Notes under the pieces: model-generated
Database searches by the model: none
The model's input: the letters and a program-made list of their open reading frames with translations, nothing else
What the model was told of the DNA's origin: nothing
Shown: piece by piece, positions 37,485 through 48,740 of the stretch
Layout of the letters: the number at the start of each line of letters is the position of its first letter
Numbering within the stretch: the stretch's first letter is position 1
Program-made: the position numbers and the translations under genes
Assembly: GCF_006345805.1 (NCBI RefSeq)
Contig: NW_021834853.1
Location: 1 to 48,740, forward strand
Length of the DNA stretch: 48,740 bases
Direction: 5' to 3'
Origin: Octopus sinensis
Lineage: Eukaryota

Positions 37485-37830
37485 CTGTTGCCTGCGTGGT
37501 TTCGAGCTCGATCTTACAGCGCAGTGTCTTGGACAAGCATCTTCTACGATAACCTAGAGCCGCTGCCGAAATTCCTGAAATAGATAGTCGGAAACGAAGT
37601 AGGCCCTCCATATATATATATATATATATAGATATATATATATATATATAGTGTGTGTGCGTATGTACGTACGAGTATATATATCACCGTTTGACGACCG
37701 ATACTGATTTGTTTACTTTCCCATAACTTAGTGGTTCGGCAAAACGTAACCATTTAAAACTTAAAAGAAACAAAGGGAACACTGGGATCGATTTCCCTAA
37801 CTAAACCATTCAAGCGGTTCCCCTGCATGC
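37485..37830 (+). mobile_element. Highly diverged SINE family B
   Basis: gtggttcgagctcgatc..gtcttggacaagcatcttctac..(TA)n..cataacttagtggttcggcaaaac. Confidence 0.65.
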
Positions 37831-37973
37831 TGCTGCTGCTGTTGTTGTTGTTACTATTATTTAAATTTTTACCTTTCCCGTCCATTCCTTCTCTTTCTCG
37901 TTCTCCGTCCCCTTCCGTCTAAAAACAAAAATCCATCAATTGGTAAGTAAAATCTTAGCATTTTCTATTTATC

Positions 37974-38322
37974 TTCTAAGAAAAATAAAACTAAACTAAA
38001 CTAAACTAAAATACTGTAAAATAAAAAGATATTGAGGAAATTTGAGTTTAGTAGTTTAAAAACCTCATCTATTTGGTTTGGCCGTCTCAGATCAACCTGA
38101 CTTTTGTTTCCACGAAAATCTCGCTAAGTTCACCAGGACGTTATGCTGAATTCTAAGAAAAATAAAACTAAACTAAACTAAAATACTGTAAAATAAAAAG
38201 ATATTGAGGAAATTTGAGTTTAGTAGTTTAAAAATCTTATCTATATGGTTTGGCCGTCTCAGATCAACCTGACTTTTGTTTCCACGAAAATCTCGCTAGG
38301 TTCACCGGAACGTTATGCTGAA
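37974..38322. repeat. 177/172-bp tandem duplication
   Basis: Units 37974-38150 and 38151-38322 differ by one CTAAA unit and about 6 substitutions. Confidence 0.95.
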
Positions 38323-38676
38323 ATACCAATTTAGCGGCTTGATGAATGTCGCCAGATTTTCGTGATAAATAAATAAAAAAAATTATTTTCCGTTATTTCA
38401 AATTAAATAATTGATAATCTACAGCATTGAGCACAGTTTGCTTCGTTCGTTACCACTGAACAACCGTGTCTGCTTACTCATTTGTGTAGCAGGGGTTTCG
38501 ATTGCTTCGAGGCCGTTTCCTCAAATTATGGATCTTAAAGATATTTTTAGTGTAGTGAAACAGTCCAATAAGACTGAAACCAGTGACAGAATACACACAC
38601 ACGCTAATATCAAGAAGTGAGAATGACTGACTCACACCGCATTGCTGAATTATATCCTTAATTTGTGAATTAACAC

Positions 38677-38799
38677 GGCAACCAATGGTTTCACGTAAAA
38701 AGATCTTCACAATTGTTCAATAGTAAATGTGTATCAATATTTCTATGTGGTATGCTTGAACAGTTGTGAAGATCGCTTCACATGAAACCATCGACTGCC
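38677..38799. repeat. Inverted repeat, 44-bp arms (36/44 identical), 35-nt loop
   Basis: 38677-38720 versus the reverse complement of 38756-38799. Confidence 0.88.
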
Positions 38800-39889
38800 T
38801 TGGTTATCCCACAAAGAATATTTATATATATATACTTTTTACAAAATTTATTTTTCTTCCGCTATATTATAATTTTAGCTATATATTGGCTTTATTAAAT
38901 TCTTAGCCATGCCACCACCGCTCTAAAGAATGCTTGCTTAAATTGGAATTATTTATATTTTACTTATTTCCCATATATATTTCTTCTATCTTTTGTTGCA
39001 ATATTATTTTTTAATTTGTGAAAGGTTTTATTTATTTATTATATTTCATTATTTTCGTTTTGATTATTTTTGTATTTTTTAATTATATTTATATTTCATT
39101 ATTTATATTATGCTTATTTTATATTTTTTGTTTTCATTATATTTTTTATTTCCTTTTTTAATTTATACGACAGGTTTTTTTTTTATTTTATCTTATTTTT
39201 GGAAGCAAGAAAAAACTTAGAATAACTAAAAACAACGTGAAAGAAATATAACGAAGGAATTAAACAAAAGTTTAAAATAGCCATTATCTGATCAAAACAA
39301 AAATTAAATTGCTGGAGATAATTTTATTCTTTTCTTTAAAATAAATATGGAGAATGAATAATAATAGAAGAAAACAAAATAAAATTGTATTGAAGTAGTT
39401 ATATTTAATGAGGACGAGTATACACACGCTCACTCTGTTACTCAGACACACGCGCACAATATCAAACATAGAAATTTTAAGAACTCTTATTTTGAAATAA
39501 AAATAGCAAGAATAGCGAAGTAAAAATAAACGAAATATTATTTGAAAAAATACTAAAAATAATTGCTTAAAAGTTTAAACAGATCAAAATAGTTTTAATG
39601 GACTTCGTCAAACTGCAAAATAGATAAATAAATAAATAAATAAATAAACAAACAACAACTGTGGAATTGGTCAGTGCAATTAATTGTTAAAAAACAATAA
39701 CAACAGTAACATGGACGCTTATATGGTTTTGTGGTTAATAAGTTCGCTTCCTAACTATAGAGATTTTGGGTTCCATTGCTCGGATCCCTTAAGTTTAGTG
39801 TCTACTACTTCAACATCGAGTTCCCTAAGTTTCATGTTTTGTGCCTATAGTAGAAAGGATTGTTATTGTTGTTGTTATTATTATTATTA

Positions 39890-39924
<35 letters not shown>

Positions 39925-40269
39925 TGGACAGACGAAATCGTCAGGAATCAAAACTTTTTTTCGATTGTCTAACACGACAAAGATTTTTTTGAAAATGTTT
40001 TTAAAATATAGATATAGTAGCTAGTTTAAGGTTTTTCTTAAAAAAAAAATAAACATTCGACCCGATGCTCCCCACCCAGTTATTCCTCTCTATTTGCTGT
40101 TACTGTGAGCTCGTATTTCCCCCAATGAGACCCTATTACCCAATTTCAGAGCTATTACTGTTGCATAAGTCTATAACGTGTTGTCTGCGGTTTGTATAAA
40201 TACATTAAAAATATATGTATATTCCAGTTTTAAGCTACGACTTCTATTACTGTTATGCAACACAGACAC

Positions 40270-40302
40270 ACACTACGTTTCAAACCATTGCTCTTCAGAT
40301 GC
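40270..40302 (-). ncRNA. Minimal type I hammerhead-like motif
   Basis: gcat-CTGAAGA-gcaatggttt-GAAAC-GTA-gtgt. Core intact, ACGU palindromic stem III, 4-bp stem I with 2 GU pairs, weak stem II. Confidence 0.45.
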
Positions 40303-41265
40303 CCTTAAAGCCTATAATTTGTCTCCTTCTCTATAACTCGTCTGATTTTCGTTTTTATGTAATGATTTTGTGATGACGTTAAAGCATTAGATTTTTATGC
40401 TATCCTTTACATTGTTTTTTTTCTCTCATAGAATAATAATAATAATGATAATAATGATTCCTTCATTAGTTCCAATGCGTCCAAGACAATGGAAAGAATA
40501 CCAAAAATAAAATCCGATAAAATAAGGGGTTACATAATCACTTGTAAAATTAAATGACATAAACCAACAGATGACAACAAATATCAACAATATCGTTCCC
40601 AATAGAAGAGAATCTATGTAGGGCTCATCAAAGATGCTGAATTGAGCTAATGTCATTTCTCGGATATTTGCTGCATGTTTAGAATAGATCCATTAACTTG
40701 GGGTCATTCTCAGCTCCCTTAAGTGAAACTAGAATAAATAAAGGAAGGTATCGTTAAAGAGGAAAGTCTCTCCCTTCACTCCCTTCAGCGACGTCTACCT
40801 CACAACCTCTTTGGTCAAAGTCACCAGAGGAAAACGTAAAACTGTCTTCTCTTGACGACCACATGTAGTGGTTGGAGCTACATTCAATCGCATCTGTCAT
40901 CCTACACGTGACAACAGTTGTTAGCCATAGTCCCATATATCAGCACTGCTTGGGTACTGAACGAGTGCCTGCAGAATGGTTTCGTCAATGAAAAATCGAA
41001 GGCATAAAATTCTTTGCTAAACTACTTTTATACAGCAATTCCAGCTTTTCTTTCCAAGCATTTTTTCTACCAATCTTTAGAAATTTTCCGTTTTCCTTCT
41101 TTGTTTTTTTTTATATTTCTTTACAAATTTCCTTTTTTTTTTCTACCTACGACTTACTTCTCTCAACATTCAGGTTATGAAGTGTCTTTAAGTAGCTCTA
41201 CAACATTTTCCCTTATCATTTGCTAACGTTGCACTCAGGTGCTTTGTCCTCTTCTCTCTCTCGCG

Positions 41266-41303
<38 letters not shown>

Positions 41304-41825
41304 TCTCTCTTTCTGTCACCTTCTTCATCCTTCTCTCGCTTGTTCTCTTTCCTCGATGACATCATATAAGAAGTCACAACCGTACTTCCAATCTTTTCGT
41401 GTGATAACACCGTCACTCCAACACTTCCTTCACCTGTGTCCTTAGCACTTCTCTAGTAGAATCCACTCATTCTACAGCAGATTACACTAAGCGCACGCAG
41501 TAAATCCTACCTGTCGTCCTTTCTGCTCTCGACATTACCTTCTGATATTTTAAATGTCCACTCACACTCACTCATTTACGACCCTTTCTCTATCAAACAC
41601 TCCTATCCTTACTTCGTTTGTTGCTTACTCTGAAGCCAGCTCTAATCCACAACAGTCCAGCCATGACCAATACGTTGTTCGTTTCCACTACATTCAATGG
41701 TCACGCTGTATTTTTTCACCTCACTACAAGCGTATTTTTCTCTGTTAAAATATGTTAGCACGCCAACATAAAACTCTTTGTAGTAGGTATACTTCTCTCT
41801 TTCTTCCTCACCCTTTCTCTCATTT

Positions 41826-41909
41826 TATATATATATATATATGTAAATATGTAAATGTATATATATATATATATAACATATATATATATACATATATACA
41901 TATATATAC

Positions 41910-41942
<33 letters not shown>

Positions 41943-42300
41943 CATATATATTATATATATATATATTACATATATATAATAGATACATATATATATATAA
42001 TATATACATATATAATATATATATACATATATATATATATATATGCATATATATATATGCATATATATACATATATATATATATGCTATATATATATATG
42101 CATATATATACATATATATATATATGCATATATAACATATATATATATATATGCATATATATATATGCATATATATACATATATATATATATGCATATAT
42201 ATACATATATATATATATATGCTATATATACATATATATATATATGCATATATATATATATATATGCATATATATATCTATATATATATGCTATATATAT

Positions 42301-42334
<34 letters not shown>

Positions 42335-42353
42335 CACATCTATATATATAAAT

Positions 42354-42388
<35 letters not shown>

Positions 42389-42403
42389 ACATATATTATA
42401 AAT

Positions 42404-42448
<45 letters not shown>

Positions 42449-42530
42449 TATATACACACATATATATATACACATATATATATACATATATATACACATA
42501 TATATACATACATACACATATACACACACA
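41826..42530. repeat. (TA)n/(TATGCA) microsatellite block
   Basis: Directly visible. Confidence 0.96.
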
Positions 42531-43480
42531 TAGCTGTCTATCTATGTACCTATACCCTGTATACCTATATGCGCACTGCTATATGTTTTAACATTACTGC
42601 CTCCAGCACCACTTGACGCCAGCGACCTCTGTATATTATTCTCGCCAGTCATATCCATTCTATGTTTCTCTCTTTCAGCCTCACTACAGTCACGATCTCT
42701 CTTCTCTTTCTCTCTGCACTATGTTCAGCAAAGTGAGCCTAGATCTTCCACATTCCTTCACCTTCTTGGACCTCCCGATTTTACTGGTTGTCCATCTTCA
42801 GTTTGCTTCAGGTGTGCTTGTGTGTGTGTGTATTTCTGGGAGTTACCACTTTATAGGAAGTGGCTGGGCCACACAGAACCAAAAGAAAAATAACAACCCT
42901 CTTCTTGTCCAAAACGTATTCATAAGTCTGTCTTAAACGTCTCGCTTGATTTCAGACTTTCAATTAGCTAATGTTTTATACATTCTGAATTTATATAAAG
43001 CTTTCGTTTTATAAGTCACAGGCTGCCCTGGGTGTTGACAAAAATTGGGAAATGTACCTCATATAGGATACATAAACACCAGAGAAATACATCTTGTTTA
43101 TAATACGTGAGACACCGGAGAGGCTAAGGGTTAAAAAATGAAATTTGGGTGTCAAAATGCTTTAGCCAAACTTGTAGTATCAGTGTTCATAGCACACATT
43201 CAATCAAATCACTGACTACTCTCTGAGCGAAACAATATGCCCATTGTTGGACTCATTGTTTTAGATAAAACGTGTGTGTGTGTGAAGGGATTATATTTTT
43301 TCCTTTCTTTATGTTCATTCACGTTCACTTGTTATCCCATACTGCACATTCACTGAGCTCACTGCTATTACCCATCACTTTAAATTCTTACTTTAAATTC
43401 TCTTCGGTCCAACAATCAATCTCTCTCTCTCTCTCTTCCTCAAATTTGGAGTTTCGGTTCAAAGTCATTTCACGCCTGCG

Positions 43481-43581
43481 CCCAACCCAACCCAACCCAC
43501 CCAACCCAACACAATCCAACTCAACTGAACCGAACCAGATTAGACGAGACCAGACCAAACCAAACGAAAACTAAACTAAAC
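43481..43581. repeat. Period-5 array with a drifting unit (CCAAC > CTGAA > CCAGA > CCAAA > CTAAA)
   Basis: Directly visible. Confidence 0.85.
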
Positions 43582-43656
43582 CCCCGATGGGTCCCTTGCT
43601 AGCTGCACTTTTACTGTATGTCTTCACCGTCCCCTGAAAACCAGCGCTTTCCTGGT

Positions 43657-43690
43657 TGACAGTTTAATTGCTCTGACACCGAATAAATCA
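43657..43690. promoter_or_regulatory. Candidate Meis/Pbx/Hox site cluster
   Basis: TGACAG 43657-43662, TAATTG 43665-43670, TGACA 43674-43678 and TGATTTAT (reverse complement of 43683-43690), all within 34 bp of non-repeat DNA. Confidence 0.3.
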
Positions 43691-43882
43691 TGTCGGAATC
43701 GAAAATATTTGAATAGATGTTTATATCCTATACTTCTCTATAGGTGATGGTAGTAATAATATCAGCAGCCACTGCAGACAACAACGTAATGGTCACTACC
43801 CAAAGTCAAATCAATAAGACACACACACACACACACACACACACACATCAAGAAAATATTAGGCGTTAATGATGCACTCGTC

Positions 43883-43921
<39 letters not shown>

Positions 43922-43923
<2 letters not shown>

Positions 43924-44110
43924 GGCAACGAGCTGTCTGAACCGTTAGCACTCCGAGAAAAATGTTTATCGGCGTTTCGTCCGTCTTTGTGTTTTGAACT
44001 CGAATCCCGCCGAGGCCGACTGTGCCTTTCATCCTTTCGTGGTCGACGAAATAAAGCACCAGTCACGTACTGGTGCCGATGTAATCCACTAGCCCCATTC
44101 CCTGAAAATT
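43922..44110 (+). mobile_element. Diverged SINE family A
   Basis: aaggcaacgagctg..ccgttagcac..gaactcgaatcccgccgaggccgactgtgcctttcatcctttcg. Confidence 0.85.
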
Positions 44111-45693
44111 TTAGAATAAGTACGAATCATATAGATGGGGTCGAATGTCCTCTCCACAAAAGAAGTGTGGCTTTTGTTCCACAGATTTAAATGAACTTTC
44201 TCTTTTATTTATTTATTTATTTATTTCCTTAAATCCTTAAAAATATTTTAGCCCGAAGGCCGCGGCACCAACAGCTTCGTTAACGCTGTCATTGCATTAA
44301 TGCTCGGTTTTCAGAAAACCAAGGTTACAATCTCTACGAAAAGTTGGTTGAATTAAGTTTCTGTAGGAATTATTTATCATTACTATGTTTTACATATATA
44401 TATATATATATATGATGGTAAAACTTAAGTTTCTCTTTATTTTTTATTACCTGCATGCACTCTTTTTGGATTATTATTATTATTATTATTATTATTTCTG
44501 TCTTTTCCTCACCGGTGATAGCTTCAGAAGCCTTTTTTTACTTGCTGCATTTGATTTTGTCTTATTCTTATATATATATATGCACAAACACACATAGATT
44601 CGCATATATTTGAAGTTCACGAGTGTTTCTTGGTAGCACTTAGCTGTTTTGTTTATTTAGCTTGTTTTTAAAATTTGCCTATTTTTTCCTTTCTTTTCTT
44701 GTTTCGTAATCCACCCTGTCATAGTATATTTACCCATCTGTCTGTCTATCTGTCTGTCTTACCTTACCTACATACCTACCCGCCTACCTATCCGGCTACC
44801 AATCTGTGTACGTTCCACCACATTCACTATGCTTGCTGAGTTAGTTTTAGTCAGTCACACGTTTTTATCTCCCTTTTCCAGTTGTTCTTGGTTATTTATC
44901 GCAATGTCCACCATATTGTTTGATCACCTTATGTATATATATATATATATATATTTTTCGTATATATATATATATATATATGTATGTATATACACACACG
45001 TTTGTGTATGTATGCGTTCAATCGTTAATTGTTTTATTTGCATTCTATGTATGTGTGTGTCTGTTATACACGCACGCGTTCGCGTGCATTAATGAGAGTA
45101 GGTCGTACGTGTGCTTTATTCACTCCTATTTTGTTGCCACTTAAATTTTTTCTTATTCAGTTCATTTGATTAACCTTTGTGCTGTGTTCATGTAAATTCC
45201 ATTCCATTCCATTCCACGGTATGATCTTATTTATATATTTTATTAATTTATTTTATTTACCTTTTTTTTTCATCTATTTAATTTCTTATTTATTTATATT
45301 AAAATGAATCCAGTTGTTCATACATTTGAGAGTTGATTAATAATTGATAGCAATTTATTTCAGCCAACAGGCATGCCGTCATTCACACACTCTTAGCATT
45401 TGATATCAATGCATAGCATATGATAACCAATATATAGCGCATCATATGAAAATTATAGTTTTAAAATATTTTAAAAATCATATTTATTACATTTTAGTTT
45501 TCATTCTTAATATGTGAATTTGTTTTTGTTGCTTATCAATTGTACTCTACAAGAATTTGTAGTGTATAGAATTAAAAATTTAATTACGTACACAGAGACC
45601 CAATATCATATAATACAGTTAGCAAATATTAATCCTAATTTCATTGAAATTAAATAGCATTTATAAAATTGATTTTAACTGCATCCTGCCCAT

Positions 45694-45731
<38 letters not shown>

Positions 45732-45889
45732 ATATAGTATTAGTAGAAGGTCATCCCTATATAAACCACCCTCAATTTTTTAATTTTCTTATATATATAT
45801 ATATATATATATAGTCATCTAAGAATCCAAAAGTCATGAAAAATAGGTACTCGCATATTTGTCAGTAGAATGGGTATGTTAACCGAAAT

Positions 45890-45987
45890 TTATAGATCCA
45901 TTTTATCTTAACCAACCGGTCTTGCCCCGGATCTTTCGATAACGGTGCGAAGCTGATTGGTAAGATTGACTGAAAATGAATCTATAA
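45890..45987. repeat. Imperfect inverted repeat (34-38-bp arms, 26-nt loop)
   Basis: ttatagatccatttt..atcttaaccaaccggtctt versus the reverse complement of aagctgattggtaagat..aaaatgaatctataa. Confidence 0.7.
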
Positions 45988-46406
45988 TATTGTATATTTT
46001 GATTATGTATGTATAGGTTCGCTAAAAACTTTCTGTAGAGTTTTTTTTTTAAAAACATAAATGCTCATCGTTTCGCCCACTGTTTAAAGCAATTTGTGCT
46101 GACTGTTTTAATGAAATGTTTACTGTGAAGCAGGACCTATACGGTTTAGTTTCTCAGTTAAAGCCATTCAGTTTCTAGTGCTATATCTCTTTGAGAAAGT
46201 CTCAGGTATCACCAACTCCCGTTCTCCGTGCCCTCCCCGAAACTCCCGCCATTCCCTTTAATATGTTAAATTTTGGTAATTTATCTATGACCTCTTCCGT
46301 CCCTCTAAATTTGGTTTTTTATATTTAGAAAAAATTATATGAAGGTTTTCTCAAAAAGAAAAACGAAAGAATTACGCAATGTTAATGTTTATAATTATCA
46401 TTGTTG

Positions 46407-46442
<36 letters not shown>

Positions 46443-46447
46443 CTTCT

Positions 46448-46545
46448 ATGGTCGACTTTGCCTTTCATCCTTTCGGGGTCGATAAATTAAGTACCAGTGA
46501 AACACTGGGGTCGATGTAATCGACTAGATCCCTTCCCTTTAGTAG
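46448..46545 (+). mobile_element. 5'-truncated SINE family A
   Basis: ggtcgactttgcctttcatcctttcggggtcgataaattaagtaccag; a second, more degenerate fragment lies at about 46595-46650. Confidence 0.88.
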
Positions 46546-46549
46546 AAAG

Positions 46550-46587
<38 letters not shown>

Positions 46588-47011
46588 CCTCTCTAAGGTC
46601 AGCTTTGGCCTTTCAACCCGTCGGAGGTCGTTAAAATAATGTTCCAGTCTGATACGCGGCTGGTGGTTTCGGTTCCGTCTCCCTCATCAGAAAAATCTTC
46701 ATGTCTTATCAGAAACATATCTTTGCATCATTATTTGAAAAATTATTTTCTATGTAAAACTATTGTTGATGAATTTTATGTAAATTTTATGTAAATTTGA
46801 TTTTGTTTTGAAACTACACACGCATACACACAAAAGAAAAACAAACATATGCACTCAATTAACCTTTATTTTTTATTTCGCTTTGTTCCTGCCGTTTTGG
46901 TTAGAATTTCGTGCCAAGATGTTACTGGTATTGTTTGATTTTTCTTTTATAAGTGTTCCTAGTTATATTTTATTTCTATCAAACACACACAGGCGCATAT
47001 CTTATATATAA

Positions 47012-47232
47012 TAAAATATAAAGTTTATATATATATATATACTATATATATAATATATATATTTATATATATATGATATAATCAAAATTAAAAGTTTATA
47101 TATATATATATATATACTCAAAATAAAAAGTTATATATATATATATATATTATATATATATATAATCTCAAAAAAAAGTTATATATATATATATAAATAT
47201 AATCAAAATAAAAATAAAAAGTTATATATATA
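47012..47232. repeat. tcaaaataaaaagtt + (AT)n composite tandem repeat (about 5 units)
   Basis: The aaaagtt(at)n motif recurs with variable AT length. Confidence 0.8.
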
Positions 47233-48740
47233 AACACATATTTTTAGTTGTAAATTTCATATATACGTTCTGCAAAATAACTAAATAACTAAAATAAATA
47301 AATAAAATCGTCAAACAGCTATGGAAACACAAATAAAAAAATTTTAGCCGGGCAATATATTTTGTTTACCGGTAACAGCACTTAAACCGCATTATAGGTG
47401 GCAGAATTTGCTGAAGGTTTCTCCGCATTACCTCCATTCATATAAATACGCTTTAAAAACAAAATTAAATACCTAAATTTCTCTTTCTCTCTCTTTCTGT
47501 TTCCCACCTCTCTCTTCCCTCTTTATCCTGTTTTATTTTAATAATATGTCAAATATATTCCGTATTATTTTCCTAATATTGTAATGCTTGTTTTTGAACA
47601 GTTATTTAATATTAATATATGATTATTTTTCAGACGGTTAACCTAAAAATTGATATTTTGTTGTTGTTATTGTGGTTGTCATTAGTGATAATTGCTTGAG
47701 CCTAGACCCTAATCAAGCAACATGCGTGATCAGAGGTATCACAGCTGGGATCGTCCCATCTTTTTAAACTTTTCTTCATAGTAGATGCACAACATACAAG
47801 ACCCTAAGCACACATCCCTTAGATAATACCATTCGTTTTACAAGGTAGTGTGTGATTTGAGAAGAAAAAGTGTGCGAGAGAAGATTTGATTTATATTTGT
47901 AGCAGGTCAAGCTACTGCGTAAGGTGTCAATTGTTGACCCCATTCTCCTTCATTAATTGACTCGTTGGTATTTTGTAACACACCAATCGTATAGGTTGTG
48001 TCTTAATTATCCCAAAGGAAACTAAACGAGTCTTTTCACGGAGAAACTAGCTGCGGTAGTGAATAGTCAGCTGTTACTGAATAATTTCTACTGCTTTAGA
48101 AACTTGGAGAGACATGAAACATACCGATTCTTAGCGAGAGACATCGCAGTAGGTAAAGCTATATTAACATATCGGGCTTTTTCCACCCAAAGACACTCAT
48201 AGTTCTGTATCGAGTTGGATTGTTAAAAACGATTATTCACACATACACACACACCGCTGGACTTTGAAAAATGTCATGTTCAACAGTCAGAAACATGACA
48301 ACTATTGGTTGATGCTTGCTTGAGGATCGGAAAAGTGATACTGGGAGCTGTGATTTTTCAATTTCAAAAATATAAAATGCAACTCATTTTTATACCCAAT
48401 TTAAAAACATTTATCTAATTATGTTGTGTGTATGTATCATATTGGATCTGTTACATTTCCCATATATATATATACATACACATACACGCTCAGATGTGCA
48501 TATATAATGTATGTATATTGTCGTATCCATCTCTCATTTTCTTTCATTTTTCTCTTGGTTGTCTCCCTTTCTATTTCGGTTCTCTCGTCTCTTCCGTTCG
48601 TTTTCTAACTGCTCCCTCCATCAAATGATATCAAATTTAGACATTCTGTCTCCGTTGACTTGTCTTCTCACCTCTCTTTCTCATTTACATAGTCTCGCTC
48701 TCTCTCTCTCTATGATATGGTTATTTAAAACTCTAGTCCA

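Noticed and set aside
40426-40656. Hydrophobic two-TM-like ORF
   Set aside because: T-rich composition explains the hydrophobicity; it ends in an (ATT)n tract with no recognisable family.
2908-42616. Long ORFs such as 2908-4044, 10818-11607, 13651-14601, 16856-17741, 21861-22412, 34167-35064 and 41755-42616
   Set aside because: They are translations of micro- and minisatellites, open in several frames and on both strands, with no splice or domain support.
42770-42805. Minus-strand CTGAAGA-TGG-acaa-CCA motif
   Set aside because: Followed by GTAAAA rather than GAAA; core incomplete.
43120-43134. AGGGTTAA piggyBac-like end
   Set aside because: No matching TTAACCCT left end was found at a plausible distance.
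46655-46695. Minus-strand CTGATGA-G-GG..CC-GAAAC hammerhead-like string
   Set aside because: Stem II is only 2 bp, stems I and III cannot be formed consistently, and it abuts a degenerate SINE A tail.

Overview
AT-rich, repeat-dense eukaryotic DNA. The SINE and microsatellite landscape looks like an Octopus (coleoid) genome; that species call is from recall, not a search. Nearly all ORFs in the track are translations of simple repeats. One convincing coding exon is present: a 74-nt + strand exon (10519-10592) with branch point, pyrimidine tract, AG/GT ends and a peptide matching the N-terminus of the Eph receptor ligand-binding domain, in the phase 1 to phase 0 geometry of Eph exon 2. The rest of the window is therefore probably Eph intron 1 and a >38 kb intron 2. 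These regions hold at least five tRNA-SINE or SINE-like families, a 5'-truncated RTE LINE with TSD, a mariner remnant, a non-autonomous Helitron, a GG-ended MITE with 8-bp TSD and an internal G4/TTAGGG core, a hAT-like MITE, minisatellites and several fold-back palindromes. The most interesting signals are (i) several hammerhead-ribozyme-like cores (CUGANGA..GAAA..UH), mostly inside inverted repeats (Penelope/retrozyme-like), and (ii) SINE dimers and trimers joined at one fixed point in the SINE's anticodon-like hairpin loop. No folding, BLAST or expression data were available.
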